A DNA stretch of 32,000 bases from Desulfocapsa sulfexigens DSM 10523 (GTDB lineage Bacteria > Desulfobacterota > Desulfobulbia > Desulfobulbales > Desulfocapsaceae), in the NCBI RefSeq assembly GCF_000341395.1, contig NC_020304.1, forward strand, positions 1,740,001-1,772,000, written 5' to 3'. Below the pieces are notes generated by a model. It saw only the letters and a program-made list of their open reading frames with translations. It had not been told where the DNA came from and did no database searches. Below are positions 7,746 through 16,304 of the stretch, in pieces; positions within the stretch are counted from its first letter, which is position 1, and every line of letters begins with the position of its first letter. The translations under genes were made by a program, and so were the position numbers.

Positions 7746-8932
7746 AATCCATTTTTAGTTCTGTGGCCAAATATCAGCCATGCAGTGAGAAGCAGGATTA
7801 TTCCGAAACCTGCAAGAGCCAGTGACTCAATGAGCACTGCACCTGTACCAGAATTACGCAGAAAGATATCGAGAAATCCTTCGAGCCCCCATGACATGGG
7901 CGAGATGTTACTCAGGGTCTGCATGCCCGGCGGCATAAAGAATTTAGGAACCATGACCCCGCCGATGGCACCAAATAAGATATTAATAAGCCCGCCGATG
8001 GTTGTTGCCTGCTCCACACTATTTACTGAAACTGCGATCAGGATTGATGTGCCTATGGCAGCCAGGCTGAGCCCAGCGGAAACCATGAACAAACCAGGCA
8101 AGGAGTTTCCAAGGGTGAGGGGAGCAGCACCAAGGAGCGGCACAATAAACATTCCAACTGCTATCATCAGCCACGCCTGAAGCTGATTGATAATCATGTA
8201 TGGTACAATTTTCCCGGTAAAAAGAAGTGGGATAGAGACGTTCATGGACTGCATCCGCATCAGGGTATTCTGTTTGCGTTCGTTGATAAAGATGGTGGAC
8301 ATGGGGATAATGATAAAAAACATCCCGAAGACTATCCATGACGGTACGCTCTGCTGGGTGGATGTGGGGTGCTGATCTGGGCGCAGGCCATTGAAGTGAA
8401 CCTCCAGTTCGTTCTTGTGAAGCCTCACTGCTTCTGACCTTGCTGTAAGCCCTGGTAGTAATGGCTCAAGTTCCTGCAGCATTTTCTGTACCTGCAATTG
8501 TATGATAACTGCCCTCAATTCTCCTTTAAAGAGTGCCAGCATATCTTGTTTGACGTCACTTGCAACGTCGAGTTGTAAGATTCTGTCACTCTTTTTCTGG
8601 GTAAACTGAGCAGAATAGCCTCTGGGGATAGTGAGAGCGAAATGGAGGCCGCTGTTTAATGCCTGCTCCAGTTGTTCCTGACTCGATATCTTCCCTTCGT
8701 ATTCCTGAAGTACGGTGTTCTCCTTAAGAAAGGTCGCAATTTTCAGACTGATAGATGTCTGATCCTTATCGATCACGGTGTAACGTATAAAAGCCCTGTC
8801 ACTATTGAAGGTGTCCTTCAGCGCCATGGACATGATCAGGATAAAAATAGAGGGCATGACAAAGAGTGCAGCAAGGGCGTGCTTGTCGCGCAGGATCAGA
8901 ATAAATTCTTTTTTGAGCATTGCCCTAAGCAT
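7742..8932 (-). CDS. ABC-2 type transporter permease
   Basis: 396 aa. One N-terminal TM, an extracytoplasmic loop of about 150 aa, then five C-terminal TM helices, which is the YhhJ/YbhS-like ABC-2 architecture. It overlaps the ATPase gene by 8 nt. Confidence 0.8.
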   Translation of the reverse strand: MLRAMLKKEFILILRDKHALAALFVMPSIFILIMSMALKDTFNSDRAFIRYTVIDKDQTSISLKIATFLKENTVLQEYEGKISSQEQLEQALNSGLHFALTIPRGYSAQFTQKKSDRILQLDVASDVKQDMLALFKGELRAVIIQLQVQKMLQELEPLLPGLTARSEAVRLHKNELEVHFNGLRPDQHPTSTQQSVPSWIVFGMFFIIIPMSTIFINERKQNTLMRMQSMNVSIPLLFTGKIVPYMIINQLQAWLMIAVGMFIVPLLGAAPLTLGNSLPGLFMVSAGLSLAAIGTSILIAVSVNSVEQATTIGGLINILFGAIGGVMVPKFFMPPGMQTLSNISPMSWGLEGFLDIFLRNSGTGAVLIESLALAGFGIILLLTAWLIFGHRTKNGL

Positions 8933-9662
8933 TCAATTTTTCCGGACTGGTCAGATGAATAAACAGAGATTCAAGATTCATTGCCGGATCATTATTTTCC
9001 TGAAGCAGAGCCTGCAACGATCCCTGGCGAATGATTTCTCCATGATTGATGATGGCGGCTTCGTCACAGATTTTTTCGATTTCATCCATGTAATGGGAAG
9101 TGTAGATAACGGTTTTATGGTCTTCCTTGAAATTGCGGATGGTTTCGAGGATGTCGATTCGTGACTCAGGGTCAATTCCGATGGTAGGCTCGTCGAAATA
9201 AAGAATCTCAGGGTCGTTCAACAGGCCGATGGCAATATTCAGACGTCTTTTTTGCCCACCGGAGAGGGTGCCGGCCTTTTGCTCAAGGAACGTATCGAGA
9301 TGATTGACGGATATTGCATATTCGAGATTGTTCTGGAGGGATGCACCGACAATATTCTGGATACCTGCGAAAAAGTGGAGATTTTCAATAACGGTAAGAT
9401 GAGCATACAGGGCAAGGGATTGGGGAATAAGAGTACAGCGTTTACGGATCTGTTTGAGATTGTCGCCCAGGGGGAGGCCAAATATTTTAATCTCACCCTC
9501 CTGGAAACCACTGAGCCCGTTCAGGATGGAAATCAATGTTGTTTTCCCGGCCCCGTTAGGCCCCAGTAGGCCGAAGATAACACCTTTGCCTATTTCCATG
9601 CTGAGCTCTTTTAAGGCTGGCTTACCATGATAGCATTTTGTGAGACTGTTGATGTGTATCAT
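8925..9662 (-). CDS. ABC transporter ATP-binding protein
   Basis: Walker A GLLGPNGAGKTT, signature LSGGQKRRLNIAIGL, Walker B ILYFDEPTIGIDP. I preferred the internal ATG 9662 (MIHINSLTKCY...) by homology to typical N-termini. The track start 9716 would overlap the upstream gene by 50 nt. Confidence 0.85.
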   Translation of the reverse strand: MIHINSLTKCYHGKPALKELSMEIGKGVIFGLLGPNGAGKTTLISILNGLSGFQEGEIKIFGLPLGDNLKQIRKRCTLIPQSLALYAHLTVIENLHFFAGIQNIVGASLQNNLEYAISVNHLDTFLEQKAGTLSGGQKRRLNIAIGLLNDPEILYFDEPTIGIDPESRIDILETIRNFKEDHKTVIYTSHYMDEIEKICDEAAIINHGEIIRQGSLQALLQENNDPAMNLESLFIHLTSPEKLNA

Positions 9663-9666
9663 TCCT

Positions 9667-10674
9667 TCAAGCCAGATTTCTATCCAGAAGTTCTTGGTAT
9701 ACTTCGGCTTCTGCATCAGCCAGAGAGTTTACTTTCTCCCCGATAGCAGCAAAGTCGACTGGTTTGTCTTTTTTCTTGCGTATGGCGGTAACTGCCAGCA
9801 GGGCAAACTCGCGCCACTGGTCGCCTACAGCGGTCATCATCCGTGATGCTTTCTGCAAATCCTTATTGTCGAGGAGAGTAGCTGCTTCCTGAAGAAATGA
9901 CGCATAGATAAAACGAAAACCGGCACCACCGGTTCCAATCTCTTCCTGCATTCGCACGATATGGCCGAGAAAGAGCCTGGCCCACCTGGGATCTTTTTGG
10001 TCGAGTCTTCCTATGCTTTTTGCCAGGGAACGAATACCGCGAATCCCGGCAATGGGAACGGGTGTTTTCAGCATGGCTTTGGCATTCTTATAGATCACCT
10101 TTGGAATAATAACAGGAAAATCAATATGCTTGGGAATATGGTGTGGATAGTAAAGTAATCCCTTTGGGGCCATCATTCCCTTTACAAAACGTGCTTTTTC
10201 AAGATCCTTTGCCTCACAACGTTGGCGTGTCTCAAATACAGGATCGCTGATCAGATATTGCCTGTCTTCCTTTCCGTAAATGATCAGATTATGGGCATTA
10301 AAGTGAAATCGCATTTCCGGGGGAAAGTAGGGAAGCCAGAAGACCGAGCTCTGGGCTCCGATTATTTTTCCCTGAGCAAGGAGTGTGTCGAGCATATCCA
10401 TACCCTTTTGTGGACTCGAGAAGGTGTGCATTTGCATTTTAATACCAAGATTTTGCTGCAATCCCTTTATGATGCCTTTTGGCCGTGTCCGATAGGTGAC
10501 AAGCGGCATGCCGCCCAGTTTAAGAAAGGGGATATAGGCAAACAGTAGAGCACCTGAGAGGCCGAAGGCCATGGCTTCCGAGAGCGGCAGCCCATGATGT
10601 GATATCATGAGTGACATCACGCCACTTTCACAATGGGCAAAATGTTTGTGCTGAAAAGGCACTTGCTTAGTCAT
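9667..10674 (-). CDS. BtrH N-terminal-domain / DUF4872-like protein (papain-fold acyl-ACP transferase or peptidase-like)
   Basis: 335 aa. The N-terminus FQHKHFAHCESGVMSLMISHHGLPLSEAMAFGLSGAL resembles the BtrH_N cysteine motif. Recognition is by eye only. Confidence 0.55.
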   Translation of the reverse strand: MTKQVPFQHKHFAHCESGVMSLMISHHGLPLSEAMAFGLSGALLFAYIPFLKLGGMPLVTYRTRPKGIIKGLQQNLGIKMQMHTFSSPQKGMDMLDTLLAQGKIIGAQSSVFWLPYFPPEMRFHFNAHNLIIYGKEDRQYLISDPVFETRQRCEAKDLEKARFVKGMMAPKGLLYYPHHIPKHIDFPVIIPKVIYKNAKAMLKTPVPIAGIRGIRSLAKSIGRLDQKDPRWARLFLGHIVRMQEEIGTGGAGFRFIYASFLQEAATLLDNKDLQKASRMMTAVGDQWREFALLAVTAIRKKKDKPVDFAAIGEKVNSLADAEAEVYQELLDRNLA

Positions 10675-10678
10675 TGTT

Positions 10679-11083
10679 TTACTTCTGCTCCGGCATTCTG
10701 CAGAGTTCCTCTGCGGTCATTCCGAGAGCGTTTCCGTATCGATCAAGCATTTTTGAGGAAAGTTTCCAGAAAACAGAGGGGTTGAAGTGGCGTTTGATGC
10801 GCCATTTATATATACCGGTTGATTCGGACAATACCTGCAGATCCATACGTCTGTCGTACATATAAAAAAAAAGGGGGGATTTGCTGCCACTGCCTACCTT
10901 TGTATAGGCATCTTTTGCGAGACGTTCAAGTTCCTGTACCGCCTGCATGGTTGCCTCTTCTTCGATCTTCCAGCCACTGGAAGCAATAACATCGTAGTTA
11001 CCGGCGCTGTCTGTTGCGTACATCGCTTTTTTGTTGTTTGCGTAGGTACGGATGTTATCCTGTGGGACTTCGTTCTGTTCCAT
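10679..11083 (-). CDS. Hypothetical protein (134 aa) embedded in the Dar-like cassette
   Basis: The ORF sits 3 nt after the KAS III stop and 4 nt before the BtrH-like start. I recognise no family. It contains an in-frame C6T9 tract on the coding strand. Confidence 0.6.
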   Translation of the reverse strand: MEQNEVPQDNIRTYANNKKAMYATDSAGNYDVIASSGWKIEEEATMQAVQELERLAKDAYTKVGSGSKSPLFFYMYDRRMDLQVLSESTGIYKWRIKRHFNPSVFWKLSSKMLDRYGNALGMTAEELCRMPEQK

Positions 11084-11086
11084 TGC

Positions 11087-12241
11087 CTATACCACGGTGA
11101 AATGCATAAATGCCGTTGAAAATCTGCCGCTTTCCGGGACATAGCAGAGTATACGTTCCCCTTTTTCGAGACGTCCGGAGTTGAAGAGTTCTTCAAGAAT
11201 AATGTATATGGATGCTGATCCGGTGTTTCCCTTTGTGCTCAGGTTGCTGAACCATTTTTCTTGTGGGATATCACAATAAGCATGATGCATTCCTTTATAC
11301 ACCTTGTCACGAAAATAGGCAGAGGAGTAGTGGGGGAGGAACCAGTCAATCTGTTCGGGATCCACTCTGTTTTCTTTCACAAGTTCAAGGAGAGGTCTTG
11401 TCACGGTGTACTCAATGATTTTATCATTAAGCAGTTTGACATCCTGTTTTATGCTGAATGTTGAATGTTCCAGCCATTCCTGGGGGAGATATTCACGCCA
11501 TCCGCGCAGAGAACCATCCTGGAGTTTCTCGGCACCAGCATACATACAGGATTCTAGTTCACCGGCATAGGATTTCTGGTCAATCCAGTCTATGCGTAAG
11601 GATATCCCGTCCCTGGTACTGTTTGGCTTGTTGCTCATCCAGACAGCCCCGGCTCCATCACTCAGCATCCAGCGCAGGAAGTCTTTTTCAAAGGCGAGCT
11701 CGGGGTTCTTTTCCAGATCTTTGCTGCGCACGGCCATTTCTTCAGTGAAGAGGTGGCCGCGCAGGAGGGATGATACATTCTCGGAACCCGTTGCCACAGC
11801 ATTGCTGTTGAGTCCGGAGAGGATAGCCATATATCCATATTTCAGTGACATGGTACCCGCTAGACATATCCCTGCAGTTGCAACAGCTTCACATGGTGGC
11901 AGACCAAGCTCCCCAAGTACCATGAGTGCGTGGTTAGGCATGATCTGATCGGGAAGGGTGGTGCCGCAGGCAAGGAGCTCTATGGTATCCAGATCGCAGC
12001 CCTGTGTGCCAAGCATGCGTACGGCTTCTGCGGTGAGTTGAGCATTGTTGTGACTGGCGAGGCCGGTTTTGGGATCAATGGCATAGTAGCGGGAAATGAT
12101 TTTGTTACTGCGGAGAATCAGGTTTCGTACCCGTGATGGTCGTGTCGCCACCGGCTGAAGTAACGACTCCATGCTATCATTGGAAACCGCTTCATTGGGT
12201 AAAAATGCACTGATGCAATTGATAAAAACGTTTTGTAACAT
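11087..12241 (-). CDS. darB: KAS III-family ketosynthase, DarB-like (3-oxoacyl-ACP synthase III family)
   Basis: 384 aa. Catalytic triad candidates are Cys in ATAGICLAG, His in FLPHYSSAYF and Asn in STKGNTGSASIY. It lies directly downstream of the DarA-like gene. Confidence 0.65.
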   Translation of the reverse strand: MLQNVFINCISAFLPNEAVSNDSMESLLQPVATRPSRVRNLILRSNKIISRYYAIDPKTGLASHNNAQLTAEAVRMLGTQGCDLDTIELLACGTTLPDQIMPNHALMVLGELGLPPCEAVATAGICLAGTMSLKYGYMAILSGLNSNAVATGSENVSSLLRGHLFTEEMAVRSKDLEKNPELAFEKDFLRWMLSDGAGAVWMSNKPNSTRDGISLRIDWIDQKSYAGELESCMYAGAEKLQDGSLRGWREYLPQEWLEHSTFSIKQDVKLLNDKIIEYTVTRPLLELVKENRVDPEQIDWFLPHYSSAYFRDKVYKGMHHAYCDIPQEKWFSNLSTKGNTGSASIYIILEELFNSGRLEKGERILCYVPESGRFSTAFMHFTVV

Positions 12242-12262
12242 GCGTTGTAAACTTAAAAGCCT

Positions 12263-13174
12263 TTATTTTCCTGAAGGTTGTTCATAGTATTTGACAGCCT
12301 TGGCGAGCGACTTTTTCCTGAATGGAGAAAGCAGCTTTCGGACCAGCATGTTCAAAGGTACAATGGTGAGTATCAGAGTCAATAGAAAGATTACATAGAT
12401 CGTGATAACAACATTACGTCCACGTGAATATTGGGGCCCTGCCTTTTTGATCAGTTTGGACCAGATCAAAAAACTGCGGTGGGCTATATGTTCCGTGGCA
12501 ATCAGCTTTCCGTTGACATTAACGGCTCCCATGTTATTCAGCAGTGGGAGACTATCCCGTTCTTCATCATGCTGCAATGCTTTGCAGAGACGATCCCCAA
12601 AACGAGAGGTGGAAGCAATTTCATTTTCGTGTACTCCTGCCCGGGGGAAGAACCAGAAGGCATCTTTCTTTCCGGTGAGCATCCAGCGTGGAGTGGTGAC
12701 AAAGGTGTAGAGCGATTTACCCTGATCTGTGAGCACCACGTTGTCCAGGAGGTGTGCACCAAGGTCCTTGAGCATCGTTTTCATTTTTTCCTGGGCCATC
12801 AGCCACATATCACGGCAGGCAATCACAGTTACTACTGGCGTATTGTTAAATACTTTTTTGGCCTGATCACTTTGCAGAAAACCGGTGACAGGAATGGAAG
12901 GAGAGAGAAACCAGGAGGTGTAGCCGAGCACGATGAGATCGTATTGTTCTTCTATTTGCAAGGTCTTCACCGGGCAGCCATCGAGGTAGACAGCTTCCGG
13001 GAACACATTGAAAAACCTGTAAAATGGCCAGGGGTAAGGATAGGGAGTTAGCGGCTCAATTTTTTGATAATCACATTGGATACCGTCACACTGTTTAAGA
13101 GGTGCGACAATCTGATCCATAACGGATTGCAGTTGTCCGCTTTGGGAGTAATAGAGAACCAGTACTTTTTTCAT
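12263..13174 (-). CDS. darA: Flavodoxin-like protein resembling the dialkylresorcinol condensing/aromatising enzyme DarA
   Basis: 303 aa. The N-terminus MKKVLVLYYSQSGQLQSV is flavodoxin-like. YDLIVLGYTSWFLSPSIPVTGFL and NTPVVTVIACRDMWLMAQEKMK match my recollection of DarA proteins. There is a C-terminal TM helix (VVITIYVIFLLTLILTIVPL). Confidence 0.6.
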   Translation of the reverse strand: MKKVLVLYYSQSGQLQSVMDQIVAPLKQCDGIQCDYQKIEPLTPYPYPWPFYRFFNVFPEAVYLDGCPVKTLQIEEQYDLIVLGYTSWFLSPSIPVTGFLQSDQAKKVFNNTPVVTVIACRDMWLMAQEKMKTMLKDLGAHLLDNVVLTDQGKSLYTFVTTPRWMLTGKKDAFWFFPRAGVHENEIASTSRFGDRLCKALQHDEERDSLPLLNNMGAVNVNGKLIATEHIAHRSFLIWSKLIKKAGPQYSRGRNVVITIYVIFLLTLILTIVPLNMLVRKLLSPFRKKSLAKAVKYYEQPSGK

Positions 13175-13265
13175 TGGCTGATTTTTCCTGTTAGCGGGTA
13201 TGGATGTTTATCCAATCCAGAGGTTGCTTGCTCAAAGTGTTCAGTGGTCATTTTTTCCTTCTGCA

Positions 13266-13371
13266 GCCTGGACGGCCACAGCAGAGCCCCCAGGGATGGG
13301 TTTATGGCGTCCCATATAATCGACACGGAACAACTCCGGGTTGCAAAGCTGAGTTTCGATGGTAATCAGGT
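13266..13371. repeat. Truncated second copy (centre plus right arm) of the 6543-6719 palindromic element
   Basis: 106 nt align without gaps to 6615-6720 (offset 6651) with 5 mismatches. It has the same orientation and includes the right TIR TGGTAATCAGG (13360-13370). The left arm is absent. It lies in the intergenic gap between the M16 peptidase stop and the darA-like start. Confidence 0.85.
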
Positions 13372-13373
13372 TC

Positions 13374-16292
13374 TTATAACTCGCCCAACTGATCAAAAAG
13401 ATCACTGTCAGCTTCAATTTTTGCACGGTTTCCAATGATCATCCGGTTACTGTTTGCCTGCATGGTGGCAAATGCATCGGCATAAGAACGCATGTCCTCT
13501 ACGGAGGTTGAAATGATCTCTTCAATTCGCTGCTGTTTGAACTCTGCGGTAATACCGTTCAGGTAATCATTGCGGGCAGAGATACCTTTTGCAGCAGAAG
13601 CCCGATGGGGAGTAAAGTTGCCGTAGGTTCCTATAATTAACTGATGCAGGACTTCTTTGGGCAGTTCAAGATTTTTGACCACTTCAGCCATGGCCTGATA
13701 ACAGGTATAGGTTTTTCGTACCTGCGGGTCACGGTAACTTATAACTGCAAAGTTACCACTGATAGGACTGAACTGGATAAAACAGCCATAGGCCCCACCC
13801 ATCTGCCGTACTGTATTCCAGAGATAATCACGGGAGAGGTAGGTTTTCAGAACCTCAAAATACCCCTTGTACCCTTCGCCTTCGGGCAGGAGTTTACCAC
13901 CCTGTACTGCGTAGACAACTTCTGCGGAGGTGATTAGCGCCTCATGTCTGGGAAGCTTTGGTATAATAAATTCCTGTCTGGGCGGTGTCATATCAGGGAG
14001 CGCTGATATCAGACCTCTGCAGTGCTTTTGAAAGCTGGTGACTTCGCTTTCATTGGCGGTAATAGAAATGGTCAGATTGTTTCGGTTGAAAAGCGTATCT
14101 GCCATCTCCCGAAGACCTGCTAGAAAGGCTTCTTCAAGTTTTGGGTAGTTATTGGCAAGTTCTTTGGTGCTGCGATAATTAGTGACCCCCGAGACCATTT
14201 CATTACAGGCTCCGGCTTTACTTAACTGGGCAAAGGCCAGCGATGCTGGGAGATTATACCCTTCGCTCTGGGCTTCGTGTTCTGTCCAGGCAAAATCACG
14301 AATAACAATTTCCTGAATATGAACGCGATCCTGCAGGGAGAGATCGGAGAAGACCTCACTCAAGAGTTGCAGGGCTCGTTCCTGGTACTCGGGCAGGCAT
14401 TTCATCTGGAACCAGAGGATGGGACGAAAGTCACCATGGCCACCTTTTTTGACATGGCAGTGGAAGTTATGCGAGAATCCTCCAGTACAGATCCCGACTT
14501 CCCTGGCAAAATGCATATAGTCCATTTTGGAGGTACCGATTTCGGTAACAATACTTCCGAAAAGATCCAGCCAGGGGAGATATTTTTGCGGGAGGCAGGA
14601 GACGTCAAAACCGATATCAATATAAGAAATATGATCGGTATTCAGTTCGCTGACCAGAAATTCGTGTCCGTCAATATCTGTGGCACGTACCTGATGAAAA
14701 TCGGGGTTCCGGTCAAGGTCCTCCAGTCCCAGTTGAGGAAGAAGGGCAAGAGTCTCCACACTGTTTGCCCGTTGCTGATCCTCCATCAGCTCCAGAGTTC
14801 TGGCAATAAGTTTTTCCTGGCTATGGGAGTCAAGACTTTTACCGTATGCTTCAAGACGTGCCGCCTCACTTGCCTGATCCCTGGTCTGTTTTTCTGGATC
14901 CGGCTTGAGGGTGATGACAACTGTAGCCGGGTTGTCGAGAAGGTATTTCTTGATCAGTTCCTCGAAGTAGTTCTCGTTTAATGCCCTGTTACGGATGGTT
15001 GCAAACAACTCGTTAATCTGCAGGGAATCGTAGGGGTCTGTGCCGTACTTGAATGCAGGCATTGCTTTGCCGATAAGATCCAGACCGCGTTGTGCCTTGC
15101 AGCCCTCTTCTCTCACCCCAAATTCATACTTGTTGAGTTCTGAAAGGATGAGGTCTGTAGCCAGGCCCTCCGCTGCCATCTGTGATAGAGTTTTTTTGTA
15201 GAGATTGAGGAACTCATCTCGTTTTTCAGAATCACTTCCCACAAGATAGGTTACCATCATGGTTTTGAAACTTGAGGTGGAGATATAAAAACCACCAAAG
15301 TCCTTACACAATCCACTGGTAATAATAGTATTCTTTAGAGGTGAGGCATCTGAGTTGTAGAGGATGTTGGAGATGATCTGGAAGGCTGCATTCTCTTCAC
15401 GATTCAGCACCGTTGAGACTCTGCTTGCAACAGCAAGAAAGGTTTTTTGATCTGTATTCTTTGAGTCGATGCTGTAACGGTCTTCAATGTAGGTTATTTT
15501 TTGTATCTCGTCTCCGGAAAGTACTTTTGCACGTTTCCCTTTTTCGGGGAATTCGGAAAGAAAATTATCCTGAAGATAGGACAGTTCATCACCAAGATCT
15601 GCATCGCCATAAATAAAAAATGTGGCGTTTGATGGATGGTAATGGGTTTTGTGAAAGGCACAAAATTCTTCATAGGAGAGTTCTGGAATGTTTTGCGGAT
15701 CCCCACCCGATTCATGGGCGTAGGTGGAATTTGGCATCAGGCCGCCAAATATATGATGAAAGATCAACCGTATGGGGTCGGAAAAGGCTCCTTTCATCTC
15801 GTTGTAGACAACACCCTGATACTGCAGGGGGGAATCTTTCCCCTCCTGGTGGTAATGCCAGCCTTCCTGTTCAAATGTGGATCTGGCCAGCAGTGGATTT
15901 AACACCACATCCATATACACATCCATAATGTTGAAATATTCCTTCAGGTTCCTGGTGGCAAAGGGATAGTAGGTGATATCCGATCCGGTCATGGCATTTA
16001 AAAATGTCATGAGTCCGCCCTTGTTGATTTCGCCAAAGACATCCTTAACCGGGTATTTTTTTGATCCCATAAGTACCGAATGCTCAAGAATATGAGCAAC
16101 GCCCTTGGAGTCGGTGGGAATGGTGTTGAATGAAACTGAAAAGGTTTTGTTATTGTCGCCATTCTTGATGGCCAGTAATGGACAGCCGAGAACATCGTGC
16201 TCAAAAAGATATACTTCTGCTTTTATTTCGTCGAGCTGTTGCACTTGTTTCAGGGTAAATCCGGAATAGGTAGAGCCTGGAGAATAGGTCAT
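13374..16292 (-). CDS. M16C-family zinc metallopeptidase (PreP / presequence-protease-like insulinase)
   Basis: 972 aa. It has the inverted zinc motif HILEHSV (HxxEH) near the N-terminus followed by ...NAMTGSDITYYPF...YNEMKG. The length and four-domain size are typical of PreP-like M16C enzymes. Confidence 0.85.
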   Translation of the reverse strand: MTYSPGSTYSGFTLKQVQQLDEIKAEVYLFEHDVLGCPLLAIKNGDNNKTFSVSFNTIPTDSKGVAHILEHSVLMGSKKYPVKDVFGEINKGGLMTFLNAMTGSDITYYPFATRNLKEYFNIMDVYMDVVLNPLLARSTFEQEGWHYHQEGKDSPLQYQGVVYNEMKGAFSDPIRLIFHHIFGGLMPNSTYAHESGGDPQNIPELSYEEFCAFHKTHYHPSNATFFIYGDADLGDELSYLQDNFLSEFPEKGKRAKVLSGDEIQKITYIEDRYSIDSKNTDQKTFLAVASRVSTVLNREENAAFQIISNILYNSDASPLKNTIITSGLCKDFGGFYISTSSFKTMMVTYLVGSDSEKRDEFLNLYKKTLSQMAAEGLATDLILSELNKYEFGVREEGCKAQRGLDLIGKAMPAFKYGTDPYDSLQINELFATIRNRALNENYFEELIKKYLLDNPATVVITLKPDPEKQTRDQASEAARLEAYGKSLDSHSQEKLIARTLELMEDQQRANSVETLALLPQLGLEDLDRNPDFHQVRATDIDGHEFLVSELNTDHISYIDIGFDVSCLPQKYLPWLDLFGSIVTEIGTSKMDYMHFAREVGICTGGFSHNFHCHVKKGGHGDFRPILWFQMKCLPEYQERALQLLSEVFSDLSLQDRVHIQEIVIRDFAWTEHEAQSEGYNLPASLAFAQLSKAGACNEMVSGVTNYRSTKELANNYPKLEEAFLAGLREMADTLFNRNNLTISITANESEVTSFQKHCRGLISALPDMTPPRQEFIIPKLPRHEALITSAEVVYAVQGGKLLPEGEGYKGYFEVLKTYLSRDYLWNTVRQMGGAYGCFIQFSPISGNFAVISYRDPQVRKTYTCYQAMAEVVKNLELPKEVLHQLIIGTYGNFTPHRASAAKGISARNDYLNGITAEFKQQRIEEIISTSVEDMRSYADAFATMQANSNRMIIGNRAKIEADSDLFDQLGEL

Positions 16293-16304
16293 TAGAGTCT
16301 CATA

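Noticed and set aside
6615-13371. The ung plus Dar-cassette block as a site-specifically integrated island bounded by att-like direct repeats
   Set aside because: No integrase, recombinase or tRNA target lies in or next to the block. The repeats are a complete and a truncated copy of a palindromic MITE-like element, not the duplicated end of a gene. Only the weaker claim of recombination potential is retained as a finding.
14277-14981. Long antisense ORFs inside well-supported genes: 14277-14981 (+, 234 aa), 29460-30257 (+, 265 aa), 12431-13051 (+, 206 aa), 27802-28290 (+, 162 aa), 17086-17604 (-, 172 aa)
   Set aside because: Each lies entirely opposite, or out of frame with, a gene that has strong family motifs (M16 peptidase, sucC, darA-like, sucD, OMP/intergenic). 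Their translations are low-complexity with no recognisable motifs, as expected for shadow ORFs.
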